The position numbers and the translations under genes are program-made. Positions 14,440-26,639 of a DNA stretch of 64,000 nucleotides are shown here, in pieces. The notes under the pieces are model-generated. The model had not been told where the DNA came from, ran no database searches, and saw only the letters and a list, made by a program, of their open reading frames with translations. Source of the stretch: Octopus vulgaris (lineage: Eukaryota); the NCBI GenBank assembly GCA_951406725.2, contig OX597820.1:115444001-115508000 (forward strand), read 5' to 3'. How positions within the stretch are numbered: the stretch's first letter is position 1; every line of letters begins with the position of its first letter.

Positions 14440-15603
14440 GACTGGTACTTAATTTATCGATCCTGAAGGATGAAAGGCAAAGTCGACCTCGGCGGAAATT
14501 GAACTCAGAACATAGCAGCAGACGAAATACTTATTTCTTTACTACCCATAAGAGGCTAAACACAGAGGGGACAAAGAAGGACAGACAAACGGATTAAGTC
14601 GATTATATCGATCCCAGTGCGTAACTGGTTCTCAATTTATCGACCCCGAAAGGATGAAAGGCAAAGTCGACCTCGGCGGAATTTGAACTCAGAACGCTAC
14701 GGCAGACGAATACTGCTAAGCATTTCGCCCGGCGCGCTAACGATTCTGCCAGCTGGCCGCCTTTCTCATTTTATAAATAATGGCTTCAAACTTTGCCACA
14801 AGGTCAGCGCGTTCGGGGAAGAGGATAAGTCGATTACATCGACCTCGGTACTCAATTAGAACTTATTTTATCGACTCCGAAGGACGAAAGGGAAAGTCCA
14901 CCTCGATAGGATTTGAACTCAAAACGCGAAGACAGACGAAATACTATTTCTATTTCTTTACTACCCTCAAGGGGCTAAACACAGAGAGGACAAACAAGGA
15001 CAGACAAACGGATTAAAGTCGATTATATCGACCCCAGTGCGTAACTGGTACTTATTTAATCGACCCCGAAAGGATGAAAGGCAAAGTCGACCTCGGCGGA
15101 ATTTGAACTCAGAACGCTACGGCAGACGAATACTGCTAAGCATTTCGCCCGGCGTGCTAACGATTCTGCCAGCTGGCCGCCTTTCTCATTTTTTAAATAA
15201 TGGCTTCAAACTTTGCCACAAGGTCAGCGCGTTCGGGGAAGAGGATAAGTCGATTACATCGACCTCGGTACTCAATTAGAACTTATTTTATCGACTCCGA
15301 AGGACGAAAGGGAAAGTCCACCTCGATAGGATTTGAACTCAAAACGCGAAGACAGACGAAATGCCTATTTCTATTTCTTTACTACCCTCAAGGGGCTAAA
15401 CACAGAGAGGACAAACAAGGACAGACAAACGGATTAAGTCGATTATATCGACCCCAGTACGTAACTGGTACTTATTTAATCGACCCCGAAAGGATGAAAG
15501 GCAAAGTCGACCTCGGCGGAATTTGAACTCAGAACGCTACGGCAGACGAAATGCCGCTAAGCATTTTGCCCGGTATGCTAACGATTCCGGCAGCCTGTCG
15601 CCT
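14440..15603 (-). repeat. Tandem array of SINE family B-derived units, 420-bp period
   Basis: CGACCCCGAAAGGATGAAAGG recurs at 14641, 15061 and 15481; near-identical ORF translations at 14617 and 15037. Confidence 0.9.
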
Positions 15604-15881
15604 TATCTCAATATATGAATAACTGTGCTAAAGTCGAATTGACATTGGAAGTAAATGGGTTTATCTAAGCTGAATTCATGTCTTACAATTGGTGGCGAAT
15701 TTGACATGTTGAAGTAATAAATTTTCAGTGCAAATTCCGAGAACAATGGACGGAAGCACGAAGACTGGGGTTTCGATCCTTGGTTGCGAATTCAGTGTGT
15801 ATCTACTACATAAGTTTTCTTCATTGGACGCTCCATTGACGACGATGTCTCACGTTACGTTAGCGTTGCAAAGTGAAGATA

Positions 15882-16279
15882 TCTTTATATATAAAAGTCA
15901 AGTTGTGTGTCTGTCTCCTACGATTTAGATTCCTAACTACTCCCACATTTTGCGGTGCAGTTTAACCAAAAGCGGGTATCTTATAGTCGTGATTTATATC
16001 GAGCCCTTCTGGGTATTAGCGCGCGTCTACGATGAGTCTACGATTTAAAAAAAAATTACCATCATTTTTTTTCCATTTTAATGCAGTTTTTTCGCTATTA
16101 TATAAGGGAAGTAACTCTCTAAAAATGTCTACGATGACTCAACGATTTAAAAAAAAATTTACCATAATTATTTTTCCATTTTTAATGCATTTTTTTGTTA
16201 TTTTTTGGCTAAACTCTCTAAAAATGCTTATATAGTTATTTCCCTTACAAACCCGAGCAACGCCGGGCGATACTGCTAG
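15882..16279 (+). mobile_element. Non-autonomous Helitron
   Basis: A|TC start, hairpin CCCGAGCAACGCCGGG, CTAG|T end, no TSD; close inverted copy at 39415-39811. Confidence 0.85.
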
Positions 16280-16661
16280 TTTACTATACGATTGTTTGCT
16301 TCGAAATGAATATTGTGCTGATTCCTGCCTCACAGCTGGCCCCTGGGTTTAATACTCAAACTCAAAAGTTGGACGGAAATATAAGGCTTTTAGATGGCAG
16401 AATTGGTTCGGTAGAGCATCGGCCAAATTACATTATACCGGTTTTTATTTATGTTATTTTATGTTCCGGATTTAAATCATATTGAAATCGACTTGACCTT
16501 TTAACATTGTAAGGTCATTAAAATAAGCACGAACCGAGAATTGTGATCGATATTAATCGACGATACCACTCAATCCAGTGCCCCAGCATGGCCAATATAC
16601 AATAATGAAAATCAGTAAAAGACCAAAAATGTATACACATATAAAATGTATACACATATAT

Positions 16662-16690
16662 CGTCGTCGTCGTCAACATCGTCATCATCG

Positions 16691-16740
<50 letters not shown>

Positions 16741-16765
16741 GTCATCATCGTCATCATCGTCATCG

Positions 16766-16797
<32 letters not shown>

Positions 16798-17150
16798 TAT
16801 TCCCGGAAGACTTGTGTCAGTAGTGTTCTCAGGTATCTCTCCTCCGTAGGATCTTGTCAAAAGCAACCGTCATTGCATTTATTAGCTGCATTCCTAAGCA
16901 TGACCAACGGAGTTTTATGGGCATTACCCAACCATCTGGTTCTTAGTCCACTCCTAAGTCTCCTGCCAGATGGTTTAAACTGTCTTGCGATGCTTTCTTG
17001 CGGTATTCGAACTACAAGCCTGTAGCACCGGAGCCGTCACCTCTCAATGCCGAGAAGTAGCGACTCGATTTGGGAAACAACCTGCTGTTACGCGTCCCGT
17101 TGAGTGGCGTCAGTCCTGAGAGCCTTCGGGAGAATCCCATTCCAGCCACT
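16662..17150 (-). pseudogene. RTE-clade LINE 3' end with (GAT/GAC)n tract as probable tail
   Basis: Minus: GMGFSRRLSGLT ... QIESLLLGIER*RLRCYRLVVRIPQESIARQ..PSGRRLRSGLRTRW, like the RTE/Expander C-terminus; (CAT/CGT)n at 16662-16796. Confidence 0.7.
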
Positions 17151-17189
17151 TGGAGTTGAACACAAACTATTTTGTATTACTCTATACTC

Positions 17190-17398
17190 TCTTTTACTTG
17201 TCTCAGTCATTTGACTGCGGCCATGCTGGAGCACTGCCTTTTTGGTCGAGACAATCGACCCCAGGACTTATTCTTTCTAAGCCTAGTACTTATTCTATCG
17301 GTCTCTTTTGCCGAACCGCTAAGTTACAGGGATGTAAACACACCAGCATCGGTTGTCAAGCGATGTTGGGGTGAACAAACACAGACACACAAACATAT

Positions 17399-17489
<91 letters not shown>

Positions 17490-17650
17490 CACATACATAT
17501 ATACGATGGGCTTCTTTCAGTTTCCGTTCACCAAATCCACTTACAAGGCTTTGGTCGGCCCGAGGCTATAGTAGAAGACACTTGCGCAAGGTGCCACGCA
17601 GTGGGACTGAACCCGGAACCATGTGGTTGGTAAGCAAGCTACTTACCACA
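17190..17650 (-). mobile_element. SINE family A with expanded internal (CA)n(TA)n
   Basis: Matches other family A copies. Confidence 0.85.
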
Positions 17651-17799
17651 CGTGTCTAAATTACAATAAAATGCAGTAGGATGTAGTTTGAGGGAAATTT
17701 GTATTCGAGAAAGGAAAAACGAAATTAGATTTCATCAATTTTTTTTTGTTTTTTCTTGTATAAATGTAAGAGGGATCGAAGATGATTTCAGTGAGTTGA

Positions 17800-17945
17800 T
17801 TTTTCGCGAGAAATGAAGTATTCTAATGTTTCGAACATATGAAATAACGTTGCATTGAGGGTGAGAATCGAAACCTCACATATTTAGTTGTCACTTAAAA
17901 CCACTTCCGGTTTGGCGATGCACCCTGATTATCGACCAATCAGCT
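17800..17945. promoter_or_regulatory. Possible promoter motif cluster (TTTCGCGAGA, ETS CACTTCCGG, CCAATCAG)
   Basis: Three promoter-type motifs within 145 bp of non-repeat sequence; no linked exon identified. Confidence 0.3.
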
Positions 17946-19070
17946 TGCAAAAGTATCGCTCCATATCATAAAACTTAGTCGAATGTTCTATTATCTTTTC
18001 CCTTGCTTTCGTAGTATTAAGGCGAAAGCCTGTCAAGAACAACCGCAGAGGCTGAGAACACACTTCTTACCAACAGCAAGCCAGAGTGTAGCTCTGTATA
18101 GTAGAACAACGTCGAGCTTTCCTTTATTGAAGTGAAAATAATTTCTCTTCATAATTTGGGACCACTTCTCGAACCTTATTAATCATTGCAATGGACAATA
18201 GTTACACTGAAGCTCGATTCTAATCTCCTACATCTCCGCCAGTAATCATTAGAAATTCATTTATGTACAATAAATCTTACAATAATATATTCTATTGTGT
18301 TCGCGTCTATTCAGTATGGAACACCTCACAGTACAGCAGTGAACCCGCGACAATGTGTTTTTAGAGAAAGCGGGGAGGCACCGAAAGGGAGAGAGAGGGT
18401 GAGAGATAAAACGAGAGAGGGGAGAGGGAGGGTGAGTGAGAGGAAAATAGAGAGACCATAGAAGAACTATTGCTTATAATACAAACGTTTTGAATGAGAA
18501 ATAAAGAAAAGGAGTAATGTGGAGGGGTTGCTGTCAGAGAAGGGAAAACCAGTGAGAGATAGTATGAATAACGAGGAAGGAGAAGGGTATAAAATATGAG
18601 AGAGGGATGGCCAAAATGTGTAGGAAGAGTCAGGTCAGTTGAAATGGGAGGAAGAGGGTAAAGGTGAGGTAGGAGGTAAGTGAGAATGCAAGGCGATAAG
18701 GAGAATGTAAAAAAGAACACACTCAATAAAATATAAGGAGCGAAAGACAGGAAAAAGGGAAGGAGAAGAGGGCGAAAGGTAGAGCAGCAAGCAAATATCG
18801 AAGGGATTGTCCGTAAACAGTTTTCCCATGGTGATTACGGATCTTTACCTTTTGACCGCTGATTTTTAAAATATTTTTTTGGAAGTAAACACTTTCAAAC
18901 TTCGTATGCTGGTAGAATGTGTCACATAAAACATCTTTTTTCTCTTGGCATTGTAGAGAAAATTCTGTATTTTGGAAGTTATTTTTTGTTAAAGTTGTCG
19001 TATTTCGGTAATTTCAACCAATCAATGACGTGTATTCAGCTGAATAAAATTACTGCCGTTGTTTGACACC

Positions 19071-19158
<88 letters not shown>

Positions 19159-19304
19159 TTATATATAAGGTATTTACCACGTGAACTACGATGAAAAATA
19201 TATGAGAAAGATATGGTATATAATTTTTTTTTGTGCAGGGGTTCCTTGAGACGTGATATATTTTAAGGGTTATGCAAAGGTAAAAAGGTTGAGAAACACT
19301 GCCC

Positions 19305-19505
19305 TTCAGCCACATCGACTGCCATCCCTTTTCTCTGCAAAGGGGTCTTGTACTCGACGCGCTTCCATTCAGAATCTGGATCGCACTCCTCTTGCCATGG
19401 GGCTGTAAGCTCGGTCAGGCTTGCTTTCTTTGCCTTTCCTGATTACAAATCAACGTCTGGTCTCAGGGTTGTCTGGATGACCTTAAGGGTTACAGCTTGC
19501 TCTTT
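19305..19505 (-). pseudogene. Restriction-like endonuclease (RLE) domain of a HERO-like non-LTR retrotransposon
   Basis: VIQTTLRPDVDL*SGKAKKASLTELTAPWQEECDPDSEWKRVEYK, then frameshifted CREKGWQSMWL; matches the RPD...ELT(V)PWE...KxxKY...C(R)ExGW pattern. Confidence 0.75.
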
Positions 19506-19549
19506 TGTCTGTGCATGCGCGCGCGTGTGTGTGTCGTTCTCCCGCTGGG

Positions 19550-20506
19550 GTCAACTTTCCTGAGAAAAACTTCGGAGGGAACCAGCTACTAGACGGTTCG
19601 ATTGGTTTTTCGCCCCCTCATCCAGTTCCGACGATTGATTTGCACGTCAGAGGCGCTTCGGAGTTCCACCAGAGTTTCTTCTGGCTTCGTTCCGACCGGG
19701 CGTGGATCGCCATCTTTCGGGTCCCCGACCGCCTGCTACACCTGAGTCGGAACGGGAATGTGATGACGCGCGGAAACGCGATCGCGAACGCGCAGACCCA
19801 ACCCGGGAACGATGCTTTGAGGTGCCGCGCCCGCCGCGACGACGTGTCGCGTTCTCGCATTCGCTGTGCCGTCGGAGTTCGCGAAGTGTAAGGTTCTAAT
19901 GACTCGTAGTCGACTGGGACTCCTCGGTCCGTGTTTCAAGACGGATCGGGTAGGTTGCCGATGCTCGTCGCTGACTGGCTGCAGTGGGCGGCTGCGTCGC
20001 GCGCCTCGAAGCGCACGACTCGCTACGTCGTACTTGCTAAGGGCGAGGTGCGTTAGTCTGTCTCCGTCAATTAGCCGTGTCTGCGCTTACGTGGAACGAC
20101 GGGCCCGGTCGAAAGAAGCGCATCGGTCCAGACGCCGGCCGGCTGCGAATCCGGCAGCGGTGGGGCCTTGCCCTGCGACCTGCAGGCGCGGCGCGCCTAC
20201 CGGCCTGACGGGAGCGGGTCGCGATGACTGATAGGAAGGGCAGTCCGTCTGATGCCGGCGGCTCGGAAATCGAACGCCCACGAGGCGGCAGACGACCGCC
20301 CGCTGAACGAGCGGCCGTCACCGGCGACGGCAGCTCCACGGTGGGAAGCAGCGGACTGAGTCTCCTCGCGATCGCGATAAGCGGTCCTACCCGTTTACCC
20401 TTGGGCAGTTTCATGGTCTCTTGAACTCTCTCTCCAAAGTTCTTTTCAATTCTCCCTCGCGATACTTGTCGGCCATCGGACTCGTCCCTGTATTTAGCTT
20501 TGGATG
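19550..20506 (-). rRNA. Orphan 28S rRNA fragment (D2-D3 region), probable pseudogene
   Basis: Near matches to LR5 (TCCTGAGAAAAACTTCG, 19558) and LR3 (CCGTGTTTCAAGACGGA, 19929) primer sites, plus GGGAACCAGCTACTAGA and GAACTCTCTCTCCAAAGTTCTTTTCAA. GC-rich expansion segments; no 18S, 5.8S or rest of 28S. Confidence 0.92.
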
Positions 20507-20724
20507 CACACACACACACACGCACATACACACAAATATGATTTCTTTTTTTTCGCTTTCCCTTCTTACTTCATGCACACACTCTCTCTCTCTCTCTCTC
20601 TCCCGCTCTCACACACAAACACACGAACATTCCCTTACGTACATTCGATATATAAGCCGAATGTGGAGTATATTGATAGATTTGCATGTCATCCTCTGAA
20701 CGCGCGCGTGTATACGCGTGTTCA

Positions 20725-20782
<58 letters not shown>

Positions 20783-20858
20783 CGCGCGCGCGTTCGTGTT
20801 GGGTTTTTTTCTTGACGGATGTAGAAGCAATAATGGTGAAGTAGAACTTGATGGAGAC

Positions 20859-20910
<52 letters not shown>

Positions 20911-21429
20911 GGTGGTGGTGGTGGTGTAGGCGGTGGTTAGGGTGGTATGCTGAAGTGAAAAGTGAAAGCCAAAGAAACATTTAAGGATTAGGCGCCAATC
21001 AATGCGCTGATCGTTAGCGTACCCCAATAGAATTGTATTTTACCGAAAAGTTCCGGGAGGCTACAGCCCCCTATGCCCCATTTCCTTAGCTTCGTGGTGC
21101 CAGAAATGACCACGCTTCTGATGAGATTTTAGGCTTAATAAAATATTATAGAAGATTCAATCTAGCAAATGCTGAAAAAGAAAAAAAATCGAACCACTTC
21201 TATCTGCTGAAATCTCAAAAGCTCAAATGGGTTAGTGAGCAAGAAAAGGCATTTCAAAAACTCATCACCCACCTTTCTGAAGCTCCGGTTTTCAAGCCAC
21301 ATTCGATGGAGGAGATGAACACTTTCACCTTTAAGACATCGCTCCATTTAAAATGAATCAAAACTTCATATCAAAAATAAGTTACCTTCACACTGTGCTC
21401 AAGTTGTTCCTACAACCAGAACTCAGACT

Positions 21430-22102
21430 ATTATTCTTTTCTACTCTAGGCACAAGGCCCGAAATTTTTGGGGAGGGGTCCAGTCGATTAGATTGACTCC
21501 AGTACGCAACTTGTACTTAATTTATCGACCCCGAAAGGATGAAAAGCAAAGTCAACCTCGGCGGAATTTGAACTCAGAACGTAACGGCAGACGTTCTGAG
21601 TTCAAATTCCGCCGAGGTCAACTTTGCTTTTCATCCTTTCGGGGTCGATTAAATAAGTACCAGTTACACACTGGGACCGATATAATTGACTTAATCCGTG
21701 TGTCTGTCCTTGTTTATCCTCTCTGTGTTTAGCCTCTTGTGGGTAGTAAAGAAATAGGTATTTCGTTTGCCGCTACGTTCTGAGTTCAAATTCCGTCGAG
21801 GTCGACTTTGCCGTTCATCCTTTCGGGGTCGATTAAATAAGCACCAGTTACGCACTGGGGTCGATGTAATCGACTTAATCCGCGTGTCTGTCCTTGTTTG
21901 TCCTCTCTGTGTTTAGCCCCTTGTGGGTAGTAAAGAAATAGGTATTTCGTCTGCCGCTACGTTCTGAGTTCAAATTCCATCGGGTTTGACTTTGCCTGTT
22001 ATCCTTTCAGGATCGATAAATTGAGTACCAGTTGCGTACTGGGTCGATCTAATCGTCTGGCCCCTCCCCCAAAATTTCGGGCTTTGTGCCTAGAGTAAAA
22101 AG
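21430..22102. mobile_element. Inverted fusion of SINE family B bodies with 184-bp tandem modules
   Basis: Fold-back centred near 21586; GTTCTGAGTTCAAATTCC at 21593, 21777 and 21961; SINE 3' ends point outward at both termini. Confidence 0.8.
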
Positions 22103-22608
22103 TATATCATTACAATATCATCTGATCTGAACTATTGACTTTGATTTCTAAAAAAAATTCTTTTATCTCGTTATTCTATTTATTTATTTATTTATTGCCT
22201 TATTTCATTTATATTTTAGACTTTGTATTTTTGCCGAGGTTCAATCAGTTCATTTGCCGTTTTGTGAAGTTCAAATACGTAAACTTGCCAATCTTAGGAC
22301 ACCAAAAATGTTGTTTTTTGCGCGTTTGTTTGTCTTAACTTTTGTTTATCTATTTATTCAGTCATGTGACTGCGACCATGCTACAACACGCCCTTGAAGG
22401 GTTCAGCCAAACAAATCGACCCCCATACTTATTTTTAAGTGTAGCATTTATTCTATCATTCGCTTTTGCCAAACTGGTAAGTTACGGGGATGTAAACAAA
22501 CCAATACCGGTTGTCAAACACAAAGGCACGCACACATGCATGCAACATACATATATACATACATACCTATAACTATATCTATCAATCAATCAATTAATCA
22601 ATCAATCA

Positions 22609-22671
<63 letters not shown>

Positions 22672-22874
22672 TTCTTTTACTTGTTTCAGTCATTTGACTG
22701 CGGCCATGCTGGAGCACCGCCTTTAGTCGAACAAATCGATCCCAGGATTTATTCTTTGTAAGCCTGGTACTTATCCTATCGGTCTCTTTTGCCGAACCGC
22801 TAAGTTACGTGAATGTAAACACACCAACATCGGTTGTCAAGTGATGGTGGGGGGTCAAACACAGACACACAAAC

Positions 22875-22912
<38 letters not shown>

Positions 22913-23260
22913 GACGGGCTTCTTTCAGTTTCCCTCTAACAAATCCACTCACATGGCTTTGGTCTGCCCGAGGCAATAGTAGAAGACACTTGTCCAAGGT
23001 GCCATGTAGTGGAATTGAACCTGGAACCATGTGACTGGTAAGCAAGCTATTTACCACACAGCAACTCTTGCGCATATATATATATATATATATACGACGA
23101 GCTTCCACACAGTTTCCGACTACCAAATTCGCTCACAAATCATTGGTCGACTCGGCACTATGGTAGAAGGTACTCGACCAAGATGCTGCGCAGTGGGGCT
23201 GAACCTGAAACCACGTGGTTGCAAAGCGAGTTTCTTAACCACACATCCATGCCTACAGCC
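22672..23260 (-). mobile_element. SINE family A full copy plus a second head fragment
   Basis: Full copy 22672-23070; diverged head 23095-23260. Confidence 0.8.
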
Positions 23261-23389
23261 ATAATTTAAAAAAAAACTAATCATCGCGGCCACCATCAAA
23301 TGAAATCGAAAAATCGTGTATTTTTTCGTAGTTGTGCTTATGGTCGATCGCATTTATTTTTTTTTAAAGGGACTAATTCTCAGTCAGCC

Positions 23390-24190
23390 CCTATACTCAA
23401 TTTATCAAAGTTGCTGCAAAAACTAAAATATCGTCAACAGATGCACAAAGGGTGGCTGAAACTACAAAACAAGTTTTGAAAGATATAAGGAATAACGATT
23501 TATTGGCGATTTTCTGTGATGATGTTGTACCGCTGGCATGAACTCTCTATTTCGCATCAGTATCTGTGTTCCTACCAAAGCGGAAGGACCCTAGTAAAAA
23601 CTGGAATGAGTATTGAGGAAGATGTATTAGAAGAGGCCATTAGAGATACTTTGGGCATTTTTTAGCTTTAGATAAATTAATCCTTTCTGAAGACCAAGAC
23701 TTTGATCCAGGGGAGTTACAAGATATGTAAGAAATATTAAATGCTGGACACATTGCTTCTGAGGGCAATTAGCAAATTTTATTATGGAGAGATACGAAGA
23801 TAAGTCGATGACACTAATTCTTTGATAGTTCATCTTTCGGCGATTGAAGTTTCTAACTGCAGAGATTTCTGATATTTAACTGACATTACCGACCATCTGA
23901 AGGAAAATGTAATCGATATCAAATATCTAGTATCAGAGATTTGTACAATATGCCAACGTTTACTGGTAAATACTGTGCAATCTGCTCCGGCTGAACGAAC
24001 ATTTTATTCAAAGCCAATTGATTAAAAGTAAAGTTTTGCCTTCGGTCCAGAATGACGCAACAGCGATTCCATTCTCTAAACAGACTTTCGGATCATAGAA
24101 AACAAACAGACAAATAACTCTAATTACAGTGGCATCGAAATTTACTTCATGAAATGAGAATCAACCAAAGAATTTTGGCAGATTCTGACT
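23390..24190 (+). pseudogene. Decayed hAT transposase C-terminus (dimerisation domain)
   Basis: YLVSEICTICQRLLVNTVQSAPAERTF ... LRSRMTQQRFHSLNRL..H...TDK ... VASKFTS*NENQPKNFGRF* resembles hATC (LLVNPATSASAERSFS...LRSTMTQ.R); frameshifts and stops. Confidence 0.8.
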
Positions 24191-24556
24191 AGCGGGGGTG
24201 GAAAATTGAGGTAAAAAACAAAGTTTTATAATTACAACTGTTTTTTCACTGGCAACCTATAATTGAGGTTTTACACCACATAATTACAAATTTCAATCAA
24301 TGCCTTCCAAATCTTCCAGTCATGAAGTAACACATGTTACAATAATAGAGAAATCATTCATTTTGTTCTTCGTATCCGTCATTACGGTCGATAACTTCTT
24401 TTAGCATTAATTTACCCTTTAAACACAATTTTAACGTTTAGACGTTAACAAATTGTTTCATGGCATGTTTAAATCATTTTTTTAAATCCACCACAAAAAT
24501 TTCATGGCATCTAAAACACATTTCTCTCACCAAGTCATCCAACAACGGTGGTAGCG

Positions 24557-24601
24557 TTGCTAAATGCGCATTTCTGCCTCTTTGGGCTTCGTCAGTAGCA
24601 A
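24557..24601 (-). ncRNA. Minimal type-I hammerhead ribozyme motif (AUU triplet, probably inactive)
   Basis: ttgcta CTGACGA a gcc caaaga ggc a GAAA tgcgca TT tagcaa. Confidence 0.7.
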
Positions 24602-24916
24602 GTATTTACTGACCATCTCAAGACCAAAACCGGTGATTTTCGTCGGCTACCGATATATTTTTGTGTGTTTTGTAACACTGTATGTCTATAATAAATACAA
24701 TCGCAAGATGAATACCGCAGATAATTATGCTTTCCGTGATGTATCAGATTAAGTATGATACACAGATTGCTATTTTAAACTAATACTGCTTCTGTTGCGC
24801 ATAACGAGTTCTTATCCAGCCTGACGGCTAATTGCAAGACCAGTAGCTTTTCAATCACTGTTTTACTATATCGCTAACAGCGAAATTTGGCCTAGCATGC
24901 AGTTGCAAGTGGATGC

Positions 24917-24961
24917 TTGTTACTGATGAAACTCAAAGAAGCAGAAATACGCATCTAACAA
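24917..24961 (+). ncRNA. Minimal type-I hammerhead ribozyme motif
   Basis: ttgtta CTGATGA aactcaaagaagca GAAA tacgca TC taacaa; perfect 6-bp stem I, weakened stem II. Confidence 0.65.
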
Positions 24962-25068
24962 CGATGCCACGGCTACTGGATGATTTTCGTTTGCTCTTGA
25001 GATATTTCTGTGCTTTCAACACTCTATGCCTACTCCTGCGTTTGACTCCATTTCTTAGTTTATCCATG

Positions 25069-25116
<48 letters not shown>

Positions 25117-25120
<4 letters not shown>

Positions 25121-25280
25121 TCTATTATTACTTGTTTCAGTCATTTGACTGCGGCCATGCTGGAGTACCGCCTTTAATCGAGCAACTCGACCCCAGGACT
25201 TATTCTTTTGTAAGCCCAGTACTTATTTTATCGGTCTCTTTGGCCGAACCGCTAAGTAACGGGGACATAAACACACCAGC
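25117..25280 (-). mobile_element. SINE family A 3' half, interrupted
   Basis: Similarity stops at ACACCAGCA and unrelated sequence follows. Confidence 0.8.
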
Positions 25281-25634
25281 AGGGAGAATTAAAAAAAAAA
25301 AAAACAAAATACGAAGACAGGTGGCGTAGACAACAAACAGATGTATTAGTATAACACTCGGGAAGTGAAAAAGACTTTAACTTTTCGAGCCTACGCTCTT
25401 CGACAGAAAGGAACACAGAAAGAAACCAGGAGAGAAAATAAAGAATGTGTAGTGGCTAGCGATCTATCATGGCGAAGGATATATATATAATGTAAAAGAA
25501 TAAGGATTTGAAATCCGAGCAGGTACCTTATTAGATCTCTGATATAAACCGCGTTGAATGATAGGGCACATACGAAATTGACTAATTGGCACCTTGGGCA
25601 AATGTCTTCTACTATAGCCTCGGGTCGACCAAAG

Positions 25635-25692
<58 letters not shown>

Positions 25693-25702
<10 letters not shown>

Positions 25703-25894
25703 GTTAAAGAGGACAACAAACGTTAAGGCAAGGCAGGCATCTCAAGCCATATACATGTTTCTGGATTATTCCATTCTCTGGGATATCCCAGAAACAGCTG
25801 TAAGACTTTGAATTTTTTCCAATAATAATAATGTATATGACTTGAAATGTTTGCCTTGCCTTAATGTCTGTTGTCCTCTTTAACAATTATATAT
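25693..25894. mobile_element. Fold-back element at (TA)n with truncated hammerhead in the loop
   Basis: Arms 25693-25756 and 25831-25894; loop contains TCTCTG-GGATATCCCA GAAA CAGCTG TA AGAC, homologous to 51715-51789 but lacking part of CTGATGA. Confidence 0.7.
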
Positions 25895-26030
25895 CCGCTG
25901 CATTGGAAATTTGCAATGGCTCCATAACTACTGTCTCGGCTATAACCTTGGGGCCCTAGTAATCCGTTACAGTGCTTACCTAGCGTACTTAACCGTTTAG
26001 ATCATTTCTGAATTAAACCCCCATATTTTG

Positions 26031-26096
<66 letters not shown>

Positions 26097-26160
26097 GTGT
26101 ATATGTATATATAAACAATAATAAATCTCTGAACGAGGTATAAACAGTAGCTGCACGACA

Positions 26161-26634
26161 ATGTGAAGTCTATTTGCCACTTAAATGTGGCTAACCACTA
26201 AGGGTGGATGATAATGTAGCTTGTAGCCCCAGGAGAACATCTTCTCCAGCTGGCTACTGACACACTTTCTGTGCCCTATCAGTATTTGCAAAGGAAGCCA
26301 TCCTTCCCATCGTTGACCTTACGTGCTTGTTTACACTTTTTCGAGATCAGTGACTTTTCGTCACTGGAAAAAGGATATGTGTATTTGCATTGGGACCCCT
26401 TCGCATTGAAGACCGGTGATTGTCGTGCGCTGACGACGGGTAAATACTCAGAAACCCGGGTCCGTATGTATCACGTAAGGTCAGCAATGGGAAGGATGGC
26501 TTCCCTTTGCAAATACTGATAGGGCACACAAAGTGTGTCAATAGCCAGCTGGAGATGTTCTCCTGGGGCTACAAGCTACAGTAGCATCCACCCTTAGTGG
26601 TTAGCCACATTTAAGTGGCAAATATACTTCATAT
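26161..26634. mobile_element. Fold-back element, ~165-bp arms, hammerhead in loop
   Basis: 26161-26325 is reverse-complementary to 26472-26634 with few mismatches. Confidence 0.85.
26424..26468 (+). ncRNA. Minimal type-I hammerhead ribozyme, intact core
   Basis: cgtgcg CTGACGA c gggta aa tactc a GAAA cccggg TC cgtatg; palindromic stem III, GUC triplet. Confidence 0.8.
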
Positions 26635-26639
26635 TTATA

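Noticed and set aside
14440-15603. CRISPR-like periodic array
   Set aside because: Eukaryotic context; whole 420-bp units repeat and there are no unique spacers
16518-16866. Poly-His/Asp/Met/Ser ORFs
   Set aside because: (CAT)n trinucleotide repeat
18071-18152. Minus-strand mini-exon MKRNYF...LWLAV|GTAAG
   Set aside because: No homology and no partner exons
19505-20531. GC-rich ORFs on both strands
   Set aside because: Shadow frames of the 28S fragment
21115-21230. CTGATGA as another hammerhead (also 685, 32097, 47549, 62745)
   Set aside because: No correctly placed GAAA, UH and stem I pairing
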